Virus record (IMG/VR): IMGVR_UViG_3300037458_001170
Span: 1-24,507 of that record
Length of the DNA: 24,507 nt
Origin: a virus
Taxonomy: Duplodnaviria; Caudoviricetes
Reading direction: 5' to 3' (one strand)
The notes under the pieces are model-generated. The model was not told the origin of the DNA. It was given only the letters and a program-made list of their open reading frames with translations, and did not search any database. Of the stretch, positions 13,980-23,582 are shown piece by piece. Numbering within the stretch: position 1 is the first letter of the stretch; each line of letters starts with the position of its first letter. The position numbers and the translations under genes are program-made.

Positions 13980-16381
13980 GTCGCGGCCCCCGCTGTCATG
14001 CCGAGCAGGCAGGCCGCCGCCTCGGCCGCCACCGTCTCGGCCTCGTCCGCTTCGTCAAGCAGTTGCCGGGCCGGAACCATGCGCGTGGTTCCGTCCGCGT
14101 TCTGCACCGGCACCAGGCGGTCATCCGCCGCCGCCGCGCGCTGCGCATCGAGGAACAGGCTGCGGTCAACGTCCGCTTCCGGCGCGCGCACGGCATCGGC
14201 CTCGGCCGCCGCGCGCGCGGCCCTGACGTTCGGCGCCACCTCCGGCGCCGGCGGCGCCTCTGCCCGCGGCGCCGGAACCGGCGCGCCGAACATGTCGCGT
14301 TGCTGGGTGGCGATGGCGGCCTCGGCATACTGGCCAAGCCGCTCGGCCACGGTCGCGCGGCCTGCCGCGCCGCGGAACTGCGGCTCGCGAAAGAACGTCG
14401 CGAGGAAGCCGAGCGCCACGTCCGACAGGCCATCATCGAACATGCCGCCATTGGCCACATAGTCGGCCACGGCCACGCCGCGCGCGCGGGCCGTCTCCAC
14501 CGTCCGCACCGCCTGCACCAGCTCGGCCGTGCGGTCGCTGCCAGGCGCGAGCACGCCCTCGGCGTCGAGCGCACGCATCTGCGCCCACAACGGCGCCACG
14601 TCCTCGAGTGCGCCGCCGATCGCCTTGATGTCGGTGTCGGGGTTCTCGAGCAGCTTCTCGGTGATTCGCGGATCGTCGCCATAGGCGCGGGCGAGGATCG
14701 CCGCGCGCATGCGCCGCGCCCCTTCGATCGAGAGCGTGCCGTCCGTGGTCGCCAGCGCCCGGCGCTCGGAGCTCGGCACCTGGGCGACGAAGGCGCGCAC
14801 GAAGTCGAGGTTTTCCACCTTGCCGATGTCGCCGCCCTTGTGCAGCCCGATGATGGCATCCAGCCGCCGCGCGTCGATCGTGGCCTGCTCGGCCACGCCC
14901 ATGCGCGCCACCGCCGGCGCGTTGGCCTCTTCCGCCATGGCCGCACGCTCGGCCGGGGTGAGCGCCGTCTCGCGCCGGGCCACGAGCACCGGCTCGCGAT
15001 AGCGCGACAGGTCGAAACCCTGGCTTTCCAGCCAGGCGCGGTAAGCCTGCCAGCGGTCGGGCACCTCGGCGCGGGCGAGAAGCATGGCCATCACCCGGCC
15101 ATTGCCGCTTTCCACCACGTTGTCGGGCCCGACGATCGGCGCGCCCGTGCCGGCCTCGGCCGAGCGGCCAAGCAGCTCGGGGTTGAGGCCTCGCGCACGC
15201 TCGCGCGTCTCCGCGACATAGGCGGGCGAGGAACGGTCACGCGGCTGCAACCCCTCGCCATGCGGATAGGACGCATTCAGCCGCCCATCGGGCGCGTGCG
15301 AGGGGATCAGGTCATCAAGCTCGGCGAGCTCATAGCGCACTTCGATTGCCCGCCCCGCCGGGGTGAACACGCGCGCGCCTTCGGTCGGCGGCGGCGGGCG
15401 GCCGGCATAGACCACCGGCTCCGGCTCGGGCGCGCGGGGCACGGGCGGCGGTGGGTTCTCCACCTGCGGCAGCCGCCCCGCTGCCACATCGGCCATGGCG
15501 CGGTCCATTGCCGGGCCGTGCGCGGCGGCGGTGGCAAGGCCGCCGGGGTTGCCGGCCTCGTGCATTTCCACCGCCCGCGCCGCGCCGGCGGTGGCAGGGT
15601 CGCGGCCGGTCAGTGCGCGGAAGCCCTCGAGGATGCCGCGAAGCCCGCCGCCGAGGATCGCCGCGCCGCCGGCGGCAAGCGCGATGTCGCTGAAGGGGTC
15701 GGGCGTGATGCCTGCCGCCTGCTGCGCCGGGCGGTTGAGCGTGGTGGTCACGGCCTGCGCCGCGCCGCCGATGGCGCCCTCGATCAGCGCCGTCTTGCCC
15801 AGCCGGGCGAGCAGCCCGCCGGCCAGCACCGAGGGCGCGCCGATCGGCAGGGTGGCGAGCTGCACCGGGTCGGTCACGATCGCGGCGGCCATGCGCGCGG
15901 CGAAGCCCGCCACCTCGGCGCCGACGCCCTCCGAGGCAGCGGCGGCGCGGGCGGCGTCATCCTGCGCCCGCCGGGCACGGGCGCGCGCGCCCTCCTCGAT
16001 GTCGAACGGGTCGGGGAACTCCTCGGCGAACTCGGGCGAGCGCTCGCGCGCCTGCCGGGCCGCCTCGCGCCAGGCTGCCACCGCTTCGTCACGCGACAGG
16101 CGCCGCGCACGCCCCTGCATCAGGACATCAGGAATGCCGGCGTCCTGCGAGACGCTGGGCAGGGAGAACGGATTTTCGGGTGGGGCGATACCGGCGCGGC
16201 GGAAGGCCTCCCCAGCGGCTTCGTAGGCCCGATATGGGGCCAATTCCGTCAGCCCCCACCAGCCGCGCAGCTTCTGCGCCTCCCAGTCGGCCGCCATGCG
16301 CTCCTGCCAGCCGACCGGAACCTCGGCGAGCGGCACATCAGGAACGGGTGAACGGCGGTCGCCGTGCAGGTCGAGCAGCAT
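13976..16381 (-). CDS. Internal virion protein (801 aa) with ddrB-like ParB domain
   Basis: Y.LAELDDLIPSH..DG..N..YP...LQPRDR...LNPELLGRS.EAGTGAPIVGPDNVVESGNGRVMA matches the ddrB-ParB pattern; N-terminal hydrophobic/Gly-rich segments; within the ejection gene cluster. Confidence 0.75.
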   Translation of the reverse strand: MLLDLHGDRRSPVPDVPLAEVPVGWQERMAADWEAQKLRGWWGLTELAPYRAYEAAGEAFRRAGIAPPENPFSLPSVSQDAGIPDVLMQGRARRLSRDEAVAAWREAARQARERSPEFAEEFPDPFDIEEGARARARRAQDDAARAAAASEGVGAEVAGFAARMAAAIVTDPVQLATLPIGAPSVLAGGLLARLGKTALIEGAIGGAAQAVTTTLNRPAQQAAGITPDPFSDIALAAGGAAILGGGLRGILEGFRALTGRDPATAGAARAVEMHEAGNPGGLATAAAHGPAMDRAMADVAAGRLPQVENPPPPVPRAPEPEPVVYAGRPPPPTEGARVFTPAGRAIEVRYELAELDDLIPSHAPDGRLNASYPHGEGLQPRDRSSPAYVAETRERARGLNPELLGRSAEAGTGAPIVGPDNVVESGNGRVMAMLLARAEVPDRWQAYRAWLESQGFDLSRYREPVLVARRETALTPAERAAMAEEANAPAVARMGVAEQATIDARRLDAIIGLHKGGDIGKVENLDFVRAFVAQVPSSERRALATTDGTLSIEGARRMRAAILARAYGDDPRITEKLLENPDTDIKAIGGALEDVAPLWAQMRALDAEGVLAPGSDRTAELVQAVRTVETARARGVAVADYVANGGMFDDGLSDVALGFLATFFREPQFRGAAGRATVAERLGQYAEAAIATQQRDMFGAPVPAPRAEAPPAPEVAPNVRAARAAAEADAVRAPEADVDRSLFLDAQRAAAADDRLVPVQNADGTTRMVPARQLLDEADEAETVAAEAAACLLGMTAGAAT

Positions 16382-19005
16382 CAGGGCTCGCCCTCGTCAA
16401 ACCCCTCGATGCGGCGCGCGCCGGTGGGGAACACGCGGCGGGCGGGCGCCTCTTGGGCGGGCGGCACGGGCGGGGCTGGCCGCTCGGCCACGGGGCGGAG
16501 GTCGAGCACCAGCGCGCGGCCGGCTTCGTCCAGCACCGTGCCGGTGGCGAAGGTGATGGTCACAAGCCCGTCGCCCACGCTGGTGAGCCGGCCATGGCGG
16601 CGCACCATGTCGGCGGTGATGGGCTCGCCTCGCAGCGTGCGCGCGCCGGGCAAGTCGGCATCGGTCAGGCGCTCCATGGTCTGGCCGAACTCGCCCTGGC
16701 TCATGCCGAAGCGCGGCGGCAGAAGGTCTTGCCCGTTCCACCGCACGGGTTCGCCCGTCACCGCGCGCACGGCCTCGCGGAAGCGCCCGGCGTCGAAGGG
16801 CTGGCCGTCCTTGCCGCTGCGGGCGGCACGCTCGGCATAAAGGGCCTCGGCTGCCTCGCGGATCATCGCCACCGTCTCGGGCTGCGCGCCGGCAAGCGCC
16901 GTGCCGAGCAGGCTGTTCATTTCGGCCAGGCGCTGCTGGCTGGTGCCGATCTGCGGCTTCGTCTCGCGGATGCGGGCCGCGCCGGCCAGCACCTCCCGCG
17001 ACAAGCCAGGGTCGCGGGTCGAGAGGGCGGCGGCAGCGGTGAAGGCCCGCGCACCGTCACCCGTCGCGAGCTGGCCGAGAACCGAGCGCAGCGCGGCAGG
17101 ATCGAGGCCGCGCGCCAGCGTGCCGATCATCGCCGCTTGCTGGTCCAGCGTGCCATCGGCGGCCACGGCCTTCAGGCCTTGCAGTTCGCGCGTGGTGAGC
17201 GGCGGCACCGGCACGCCTTCGATCGCTGCCAGGCGCCGCGCCTGCCCAACGCGCGCCCGCAGGCCTTCCGCCGCATTCGGGCTTGCCCAGTCGAGCGGGG
17301 CGAGGGGCCCAACGGTGCGCTCATGCACCCGGGCGGAGAACCCGAGGGGATCTGATGCGAGGCCGCGCGTCTTGGCTTCCACCATCCGGCGATAGCCTTG
17401 CGCCAGCTCGGCCGAGAGGCCATCAGCCCCCTCGCCGCGGGCGGCCTCGTCGGCTGCCACGGCGCGGGCCTGAAGCTCGGGGAGGGAGAGGCCGGCGGCG
17501 GCGGTCAAGGTGCCCTGCACCTGCTCGAGCCGATCGAGCCGGGCGGCAAGCCGCGTCTCGCCCAGCGCGGTGGCGCGCCGGTGCAGCGCCCGCAGCGCAT
17601 CGGGCTGCATCTCATAGCCGGCCGAGAGGCGGCGCGTGGCGTCGTCCACATCGACGCGCAATTCCTCGCGGTCAGCCTGAAGCAGCCCCTGGTCGCGGCG
17701 GATGTCGGCCGCGGCCTGCGCCATGATCCGCCCGCGCCGCTGCTCCGACAGGCCGGGGATGGCCAGAAGGTCGGCCTCGAGGCGGGCAAGCGCGCCCTGG
17801 GGCCCATCGGCCGCGCCGTAGAACTCGCGAAGGTTGGCGGCGTAGCGGCGTGCGGCCGCGCTGACCGTGCCGCGCTCGACATTGCCCTGCCCGCCATTGT
17901 AGGCCATCAGGGCCTTCTCGATGTCGCCGCCATTGGCGTCGATCAGCGCCTTCAGGTAGCGCGCACCGAAGCGAAGGTTCACCTCCGGGTTGTCGAGCCA
18001 TCCGGCCTCGGCCGGTGCCAGGCCGAAGCCGGGGCGCGCGGCCGTTTCGGGCCGGATTTGCATCAGCCCGATCTCGCCCACCGCGCCGCGCGCATCCGCG
18101 CGGAAGCCGCTTTCCTGCCGCACCACGGCGGCCAGCAGCGCGGGCGGCAGGCCCACTTCGCCCGCTACTGTCTCGATGGTGCCGCGCAAGGCCTCCGGCA
18201 CATCGGCCGGCATGGCCACGGCCTCACCGGCGGGGCGGCGCGCATCGCGCACGCGGGCGGAGGCGATGGCGCGCGCCTCGCCCTCGCCGGCGGCCTCGTC
18301 ACGGAACAGCCGCTCGCTGCCCTCGTCAATCAGCCGCGCCTCGCGCCCCCGGCGCAGGTGCTGGTCATACCGCGCCACCGCGGCGGCATAGGTCGGCGTG
18401 CCGATCTGCTCGAGCTCGGCCAGCCGGCCGAGCTCGTCACGCAACACGTTCGCTTCGCGCTGCCAGGTGTCACGCGCTAGGCCTTCCTGGCTGGATCGCC
18501 ACCGCTCGGCCGCGCCGGCTTCGATCTCGGCGCCATACTGGCGAAGCCGGCTTTCGGCTTCGCCGCGGATCGTCTCATGGAACTGCGGCGCAGCCTCGGC
18601 CAGTGCACGGCCCCAGGCCGCGCGGAAGGCCGCCGGGTCGCCGCCGCTGGCGCCCAGCATGTCGGTGGCGCGCACGCGCCAATCGGCGAGAAGCTCGCCG
18701 AAATAGCGCTGTTGCAGCGCGGCGTTGAAGGCGCGGTTCGCGGCGGTGTCGTTGGCGCGCAGCGGCGGCGGCTCGAGCGTGCCGTCCGCTGCCCGCACCG
18801 GCGCGTTCTGGCCTTCCTGCTGCGCCTCGGCCACGGCCTCGCGTTCCTCGGCTGCGAATTGCCGGCGGCTCTCGTCACCCAGCGCCGCGCCAGCGTTGGC
18901 GAAGCCGCGCGAGGCCTGAATGAACCCCTCGCCGCCGGGGATGGAAACCACCCCAGGGATGGTGATCCCGACGCTGCGGCCGGCGGTGCGCGGAAGCTGG
19001 GCCAT
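16381..19005 (-). CDS. Internal virion protein (874 aa) with lytic transglycosylase (SLT) domain
   Basis: LLAAVVRQESGF (catalytic E), GEIGLMQI, NLRFGARYL, ALMAYNGG. Confidence 0.88.
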   Translation of the reverse strand: MAQLPRTAGRSVGITIPGVVSIPGGEGFIQASRGFANAGAALGDESRRQFAAEEREAVAEAQQEGQNAPVRAADGTLEPPPLRANDTAANRAFNAALQQRYFGELLADWRVRATDMLGASGGDPAAFRAAWGRALAEAAPQFHETIRGEAESRLRQYGAEIEAGAAERWRSSQEGLARDTWQREANVLRDELGRLAELEQIGTPTYAAAVARYDQHLRRGREARLIDEGSERLFRDEAAGEGEARAIASARVRDARRPAGEAVAMPADVPEALRGTIETVAGEVGLPPALLAAVVRQESGFRADARGAVGEIGLMQIRPETAARPGFGLAPAEAGWLDNPEVNLRFGARYLKALIDANGGDIEKALMAYNGGQGNVERGTVSAAARRYAANLREFYGAADGPQGALARLEADLLAIPGLSEQRRGRIMAQAAADIRRDQGLLQADREELRVDVDDATRRLSAGYEMQPDALRALHRRATALGETRLAARLDRLEQVQGTLTAAAGLSLPELQARAVAADEAARGEGADGLSAELAQGYRRMVEAKTRGLASDPLGFSARVHERTVGPLAPLDWASPNAAEGLRARVGQARRLAAIEGVPVPPLTTRELQGLKAVAADGTLDQQAAMIGTLARGLDPAALRSVLGQLATGDGARAFTAAAALSTRDPGLSREVLAGAARIRETKPQIGTSQQRLAEMNSLLGTALAGAQPETVAMIREAAEALYAERAARSGKDGQPFDAGRFREAVRAVTGEPVRWNGQDLLPPRFGMSQGEFGQTMERLTDADLPGARTLRGEPITADMVRRHGRLTSVGDGLVTITFATGTVLDEAGRALVLDLRPVAERPAPPVPPAQEAPARRVFPTGARRIEGFDEGEP

Positions 19006-19463
19006 CAGCTTGCCTTGACCAGCGGCTGCAACGCCCGCGCGCCCGAAAGCAGCCCGCCGGCGGCGGCGCCGATGCCACCCACGAGGGCGCCGGTGCCGCG
19101 CGCGCTCGCCGCCTGCCCGGCCAGCCCGTAGCGTGCGGCGGCCGAGCCCTGGTTGATGCGGATGTTCTCGATGTCGGCCTCGGCGTCGGCGAAGGTCTGG
19201 TCACGGATCGTGTTGCCGGTCGGGCTGAACAGGTCCACCCCACGGCCGCCGCGGATCGCGTCTTGCGTCGCCAGCGTGCGGGTGAGCTCCTTGCGGCGCT
19301 CCTCCTCCGCCTGCTTCGCCTGAAGCGACGCGAGGCGCGCGCTTTCTTCGATCTGCTGGCGCTCCACGTTGGCGGCGGCGCGGCCCTGAAGCCCACCGAC
19401 AAGCCCCGCGCCAGCCGAGGCGACGGAGGCGAGGGCCGACATGATGGCGAGCGTCTCACCCAT
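19005..19463 (-). CDS. Small internal virion protein (T7 gp14-like position, 152 aa)
   Basis: Hydrophobic Ala/Gly N- and C-termini, central coiled coil, GVDL..PT motif; follows tail tubular B. Confidence 0.7.
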   Translation of the reverse strand: MGETLAIMSALASVASAGAGLVGGLQGRAAANVERQQIEESARLASLQAKQAEEERRKELTRTLATQDAIRGGRGVDLFSPTGNTIRDQTFADAEADIENIRINQGSAAARYGLAGQAASARGTGALVGGIGAAAGGLLSGARALQPLVKAS

Positions 19464-21387
19464 TGATGTGCACCTCTCGCGTGAGGCCGAGCATCGTCAC
19501 CTTGCCCGGCGCGGTATTGGTGATGTCCACCTGCGCCTCGCGCGAGATGCCCAGCGTTCTGATGTCGAGCAGGCCTGAGGCAGTCGGCGCGGGGCTGGCC
19601 ACGTCATCGCCTTGGAAGGTGAGCAGGATGTCCTTGCCCTGCACGCGGAAGGACGCCGCGCGCGAGACATGCACGATGACGCGGATCAGGCGCTTCCAGA
19701 GGCCACGCGCGGCGCCATCCTGAAGGTCGAAGTCGATGGGCATGGGGCGGATGAGGAACGGCGCGAACAGCCCGGCCTCGAGCTGATCGACCGCCGGCAC
19801 GCTGGGCGGCAGGTTGATCGCGCCGCCTGGCGTGACCGTCACGGTGCCGAGCACATGGCCGCGACTGACGCACCACACGGTTTCGCCGGCCAAATGATGG
19901 AACCCCGCCCATGTCCGCGTGGGCACGGGTGCGGTCGCGATGCGGGCAGCGTCAAGGTCGGCGGCGGCATCATCGAACCGTTCGAGGAACTGCACGCTGG
20001 CGCCGCCGATGGTGCGCGCGACCAGCGCGAAGATGTCGCCGCGCACCGTGGCGATCGAGCGGATCAGCCCGGGCGTGGCCCATTCATACCAGCCCGCAAT
20101 CTTCTCGGCGCGGATTGAGTGGAACACGGCCAGCCGCCCGGCGGCGCCGAGGTAGAGGCCGAGACGCTCCGCCACCGCGCCGGAGCCGTCATAGGCCGAG
20201 GCCGCGAAAGGCTGGTCGATCAGGTGTTCGGCGGCGAGCGACACGGCATCCACGGTGTAGCTGTCGACCGTCTCGCTCCACACCATCTCGCGCACGACGC
20301 GCCCGTTCTGGTCGAGGTAGAGGATGCCTTCGTCCAGCCGGATCGGCGGCGTCCATGCCGCGCCGATGTTGCTCACCTGCCGGAAGGCGATGTTGCCGGG
20401 CGTGATCGGCTGGCTGCCCGAGGTCGGCACGAACCACACGCCGCTGTCGCCGAGCACGATCAGGCGCTCGGCCCCGACAAGGTGGCGTATCTGGGTGATC
20501 TGCCCGCCCGCGATGCTTTCGGCGATCGCCTCGTTGTCGAGTGCGGTGCCAAGGTCGAAGTTGAAGAACGCGCCGACGCGCGAGAGCCAGACGCCGGTAG
20601 GCTTGGCGCGCGAGCCGGCGAGGGCGAGGCGGGCGTCGATGAACGTTCCGGTCGCCGGCCAGCCGCGCACGGGGCTGAACGCGGCCTCGTCCCAATCGGC
20701 CGTGGCGGCGGTTCCGGTCAGTGCCTCGATGACGGTGGCGGTGGCGGTGGTGGCGTTCGTCACGGCCGCGATCTGCACCTGCCGCTTGGCCAGGCGGAAC
20801 CGCACACCGACATGCCCGGCCTCGAACGTCGCGGCCGAGGCGGTGAGCGTGATCGTGCCGGTGGTGGCCGATGGCGCGAGCGTGACGCCCGGCGCGGCGA
20901 AGCGCTCGAACGGGATCAGCAGCCGATTGATGCTGTCCGTCTCGAACGCAAAGGCCGCGCGCGAGAAGGTGGTGGCGGAGGTGCGCCTGACCACCTGCGG
21001 CGGCATGTCCGGGTGGAACAGGAACGTGGTGTCGCCATCGGTGGTGAAGGCGATGCGCTCGAGCATCGCCGCGGTCCACGGTGCGCCGGTGATGGGCGTT
21101 CCTGCCGTGCCATCGGCGAGGAACACCTCGGCCCGCCCATCGGACAGGATGAAAACATATCGCTGCGTCTCGGAGAACACGAACGGGATCAGCCGCGCCG
21201 GGCTATGGGGCACGGTAGCAACGAAGCGCATGCCCGGGCGCGTGTCGTTCGCCCCGGTCGCGCGCGGCCGGCGGTTGCGCAGCCTCGCGGCGCCGTTGCG
21301 ATACAGCGCGATGTCGCTGCGCGCTTCGAGGAGCTCGGAGAACTCGCCGGCCACGAAGCTCGACTGTGCCACCCGCGCGCGCGGCAT
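19456..21387 (-). CDS. Tail tubular protein B / nozzle (643 aa)
   Basis: Start reassigned to ATG 21387 (TGATG overlap): MPRARVAQSSFVAGEFSELLEARSDIALYRNGAARLRN...TRPGMRFV...RLIPFVFS; GWPATGTFIDARL; WLSRVGAFFNF. Confidence 0.85.
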   Translation of the reverse strand: MPRARVAQSSFVAGEFSELLEARSDIALYRNGAARLRNRRPRATGANDTRPGMRFVATVPHSPARLIPFVFSETQRYVFILSDGRAEVFLADGTAGTPITGAPWTAAMLERIAFTTDGDTTFLFHPDMPPQVVRRTSATTFSRAAFAFETDSINRLLIPFERFAAPGVTLAPSATTGTITLTASAATFEAGHVGVRFRLAKRQVQIAAVTNATTATATVIEALTGTAATADWDEAAFSPVRGWPATGTFIDARLALAGSRAKPTGVWLSRVGAFFNFDLGTALDNEAIAESIAGGQITQIRHLVGAERLIVLGDSGVWFVPTSGSQPITPGNIAFRQVSNIGAAWTPPIRLDEGILYLDQNGRVVREMVWSETVDSYTVDAVSLAAEHLIDQPFAASAYDGSGAVAERLGLYLGAAGRLAVFHSIRAEKIAGWYEWATPGLIRSIATVRGDIFALVARTIGGASVQFLERFDDAAADLDAARIATAPVPTRTWAGFHHLAGETVWCVSRGHVLGTVTVTPGGAINLPPSVPAVDQLEAGLFAPFLIRPMPIDFDLQDGAARGLWKRLIRVIVHVSRAASFRVQGKDILLTFQGDDVASPAPTASGLLDIRTLGISREAQVDITNTAPGKVTMLGLTREVHING

Positions 21388-21953
21388 CAGTGCCGCACGC
21401 TGATGAAGCGCGAGGGCGCGAGGCGGCGGGTGCTCTGCTGCTGGCTGTCGGCCAGCCGCGCCATGGCCCAGGTGCGCTCGAGGCGGCGGCCGAGCGTATC
21501 GGCGAGCTGCTGGTCCCGCGCGATCGAGAGAGCGAACAGGTGGGCGAGCTCGGCCGCGACGGCGTTGGCGAAGTAGGGGGGCCATCGGCTTTCGTCAGGC
21601 CGGAAACAGTAATCGGCCACGAGGTCGCCCTCACGATCGGTGAACAGCTTGTCGCCGTAGCGGTCGAACCGGATCAGGGTTCCCTGGTCGGTCACGGCGT
21701 TAATCAGCAGCGCATCGGGCGGCGCCTGCCAGGCGAATTGCCACCGCGCCTCGGGCGTGGCCACCAGCCGGTTCAACGTCACCTGCGCGGTGGCGAAGCG
21801 CCAGCGGTGCTCGGTGAGCTTCGCGGTCACGAGGGCCTCGTATTCCTCGGCCGCGACGGCGGCCTCGGTCGAGCCTTCGGTGAAGCTGGCGATCTTGTTG
21901 GCGCCGACGCGGACCAAGGCACGGTTGGTGATGTCGATCGCGGTCTGCGTCAT
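21387..21953 (-). CDS. Tail tubular protein A / head-tail adaptor (188 aa)
   Basis: IDITNRALVRVGA..I.SF.EGS.EA......Y......L..H.WRFA...L; WPPYF..AVA..LA. Confidence 0.85.
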   Translation of the reverse strand: MTQTAIDITNRALVRVGANKIASFTEGSTEAAVAAEEYEALVTAKLTEHRWRFATAQVTLNRLVATPEARWQFAWQAPPDALLINAVTDQGTLIRFDRYGDKLFTDREGDLVADYCFRPDESRWPPYFANAVAAELAHLFALSIARDQQLADTLGRRLERTWAMARLADSQQQSTRRLAPSRFISVRH

Positions 21954-21972
21954 GGGCTCCCTCGCGGAGCAT

Positions 21973-21999
21973 GCCGGCAGGGCCAGAGGCCCCGCCGGC
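21973..21999 (-). terminator. Hairpin after the decoration gene (GCCGGCGGGGCC-TCT-GGCCCTGCCGGC on - strand)
   Basis: 12-bp stem with one G-U pair; no clear U-tract. Confidence 0.5.
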
Positions 22000-22008
22000 G
22001 CTCAGGCG

Positions 22009-22299
22009 TCAGTCGGTGTCGGTGGTCGCGATCGGCGCGCCATCGGTGAGGTCGATCGCACCGGCCGCGTTCTGGTTGATCATCGCGAAGGAGTGCACCG
22101 GGGTGGTGCCGACGCCCGAGATGATGATCAGCAGGGAGTTGAGCGGCAGCATGTTGATCGCCGGCAGGAAATAGTTGGCCGTGTTCACGTTGGCGATCGT
22201 GTCGGTGGTGACGTAGGTCGCCAGCACCGGGGCGGGCTGCCCGTCGATCGCGGGCGCGAGCTCGCAGATCACGCGGATGTTGCGGGAGGAGTAAGGCAT
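22009..22299 (-). CDS. Putative capsid decoration / minor structural protein (96 aa)
   Basis: Directly after the capsid gene; AAGGAG RBS; YVTTDTIANVNTANYF motif. Confidence 0.65.
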   Translation of the reverse strand: MPYSSRNIRVICELAPAIDGQPAPVLATYVTTDTIANVNTANYFLPAINMLPLNSLLIIISGVGTTPVHSFAMINQNAAGAIDLTDGAPIATTDTD

Positions 22300-22321
22300 G
22301 GCTCAGTCTCCTTCGTTGCGG

Positions 22322-22341
22322 GGAGGGGCCGAAGCCCCTCC
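22322..22341 (-). other. C(UUCG)G tetraloop hairpin after the major capsid gene
   Basis: Minus strand GGAGGGGC-TTCG-GCCCCTCC, perfect 8-bp stem. Confidence 0.75.
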
Positions 22342-22357
22342 GCCGCGGCGGCGCCGA

Positions 22358-23185
22358 TCAGGCGCCTTCGTTGATGGTGCGGGTGACGACGCCCGCCGCG
22401 TCGATCAGCGTGGCGCCCTGGCTCATCATGTTGTTGACGAACCAGGCCGCACGGTCGCCGTGCCAGGTGATGTCGGTCGTGACATCGGCGCCGACGGCAT
22501 GACCCACGGCGGTCTTGTGGTAGACGTGGCACTCGCGCGCGCCGGCACCGCCGGTGAGCCCGGTGTGGGGCATCCAGATGGCGCCGGCCCACTCCTTGGG
22601 TTGGCCAAAGGCCGTCTTGAACGGCATGTCGGCGCCGACGAAATCGGAGCTCGCGAACTGCGGCAGGGACATCAGCCGCGCCCAGACCGGCCACGACACG
22701 AGGCCGAACACCATGCCGAGCTGCATGTTCACGTCACGCGCGCCGAGGGCCGCGACCCAGTTGGTGAGCACGTCGAGGGTCAGCGCCGTGAGGTTCACCG
22801 GCGTGCCGGTTTCGGCCGCGTTGAGCGCGGTGATGATCATGTCATCGGTGCGGCGGCCAAGGGCATAGGCGCCGGCGTTGACGACGGCCGCGCGCTCGTC
22901 ATGCGCGATCTTCAGCTCATCGAGCTTGTCGATCCAGTCGCCCGCATACCAGTCACCGAGGATGCACTCGATGGGCACGTGGTCGATGTTCATGGGGTTG
23001 ACGATGCCGTGCCGCGTTTTCTGCGTCGCGACGCCGGAGCCGATGCGCTGCCAGGTGGTCGATGCGCCGACGATGCCGTTCTTGACGCGGACGGTGTTGC
23101 GCAGCAGCGAGCCCTGCCGCTGGTAGGCCTCATGAACTTCGCGCTCGAACTGTCGAACGAAGCTCGCCTCGATGACGTGTGCCAT
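22358..23185 (-). CDS. Major capsid protein (275 aa)
   Basis: FVRQFEREVHEAYQRQGSLLRNTV, DWYAGDWIDKLDELKI..DER, AYALGRRTDDMII, YHKTAVGHA.G.DV.TDI.W, MSQGA.LID..GV; AGGAG RBS; between scaffold and tail tubular genes. Confidence 0.88.
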   Translation of the reverse strand: MAHVIEASFVRQFEREVHEAYQRQGSLLRNTVRVKNGIVGASTTWQRIGSGVATQKTRHGIVNPMNIDHVPIECILGDWYAGDWIDKLDELKIAHDERAAVVNAGAYALGRRTDDMIITALNAAETGTPVNLTALTLDVLTNWVAALGARDVNMQLGMVFGLVSWPVWARLMSLPQFASSDFVGADMPFKTAFGQPKEWAGAIWMPHTGLTGGAGARECHVYHKTAVGHAVGADVTTDITWHGDRAAWFVNNMMSQGATLIDAAGVVTRTINEGA

Positions 23186-23357
23186 TGTCGGAACTCCTGA
23201 TGGGTTTCTACGCCGTCAGGTCCGGGTGTCCGCGTGCTCCGCCGCTCTCGGGTATCCGCTTTCGCAGGCCGCGCGCGCGTCCGTCAGGCCGAAACCAGCC
23301 GTCCCGCCCTGCATGGCGGAACGGCTGGGGGGGGCGCAATGTCGTGCGGCGAATACC

Positions 23358-23582
23358 TCACGCGCCGGGCACGGCCGCGCCATCATCGGCGGCGTAGCCC
23401 GTGGCCTGCCGCCGGCGGCGCGTTTCCGCCGTGACGCGGCGGAGCTCGTCGGCCAGGGCCTCGGCATGCACCTCGGCAAGCCAGAACGCCTCGCGCCCGT
23501 CGATATAGACACGCACGCAGGCATTGAGCGGCATCGGTTCGAGCCGGATTTCGCCGCGCGAGCAGGTGGGCGGCCCCATCAC
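23358..23582 (-). CDS. Hypothetical protein (74 aa) between scaffold and capsid genes
   Basis: GTGATG overlap with the scaffold stop; VRVYIDGREAFWL...AEALADELRR. Confidence 0.5.
   Translation of the reverse strand: MMGPPTCSRGEIRLEPMPLNACVRVYIDGREAFWLAEVHAEALADELRRVTAETRRRRQATGYAADDGAAVPGA

Noticed and set aside
21388-21585. N-terminal extension of tail tubular B given by the ORF track (start 21585)
   Set aside because: Overlaps tail tubular A; the conserved N-terminus and TGATG coupling indicate a start at 21387
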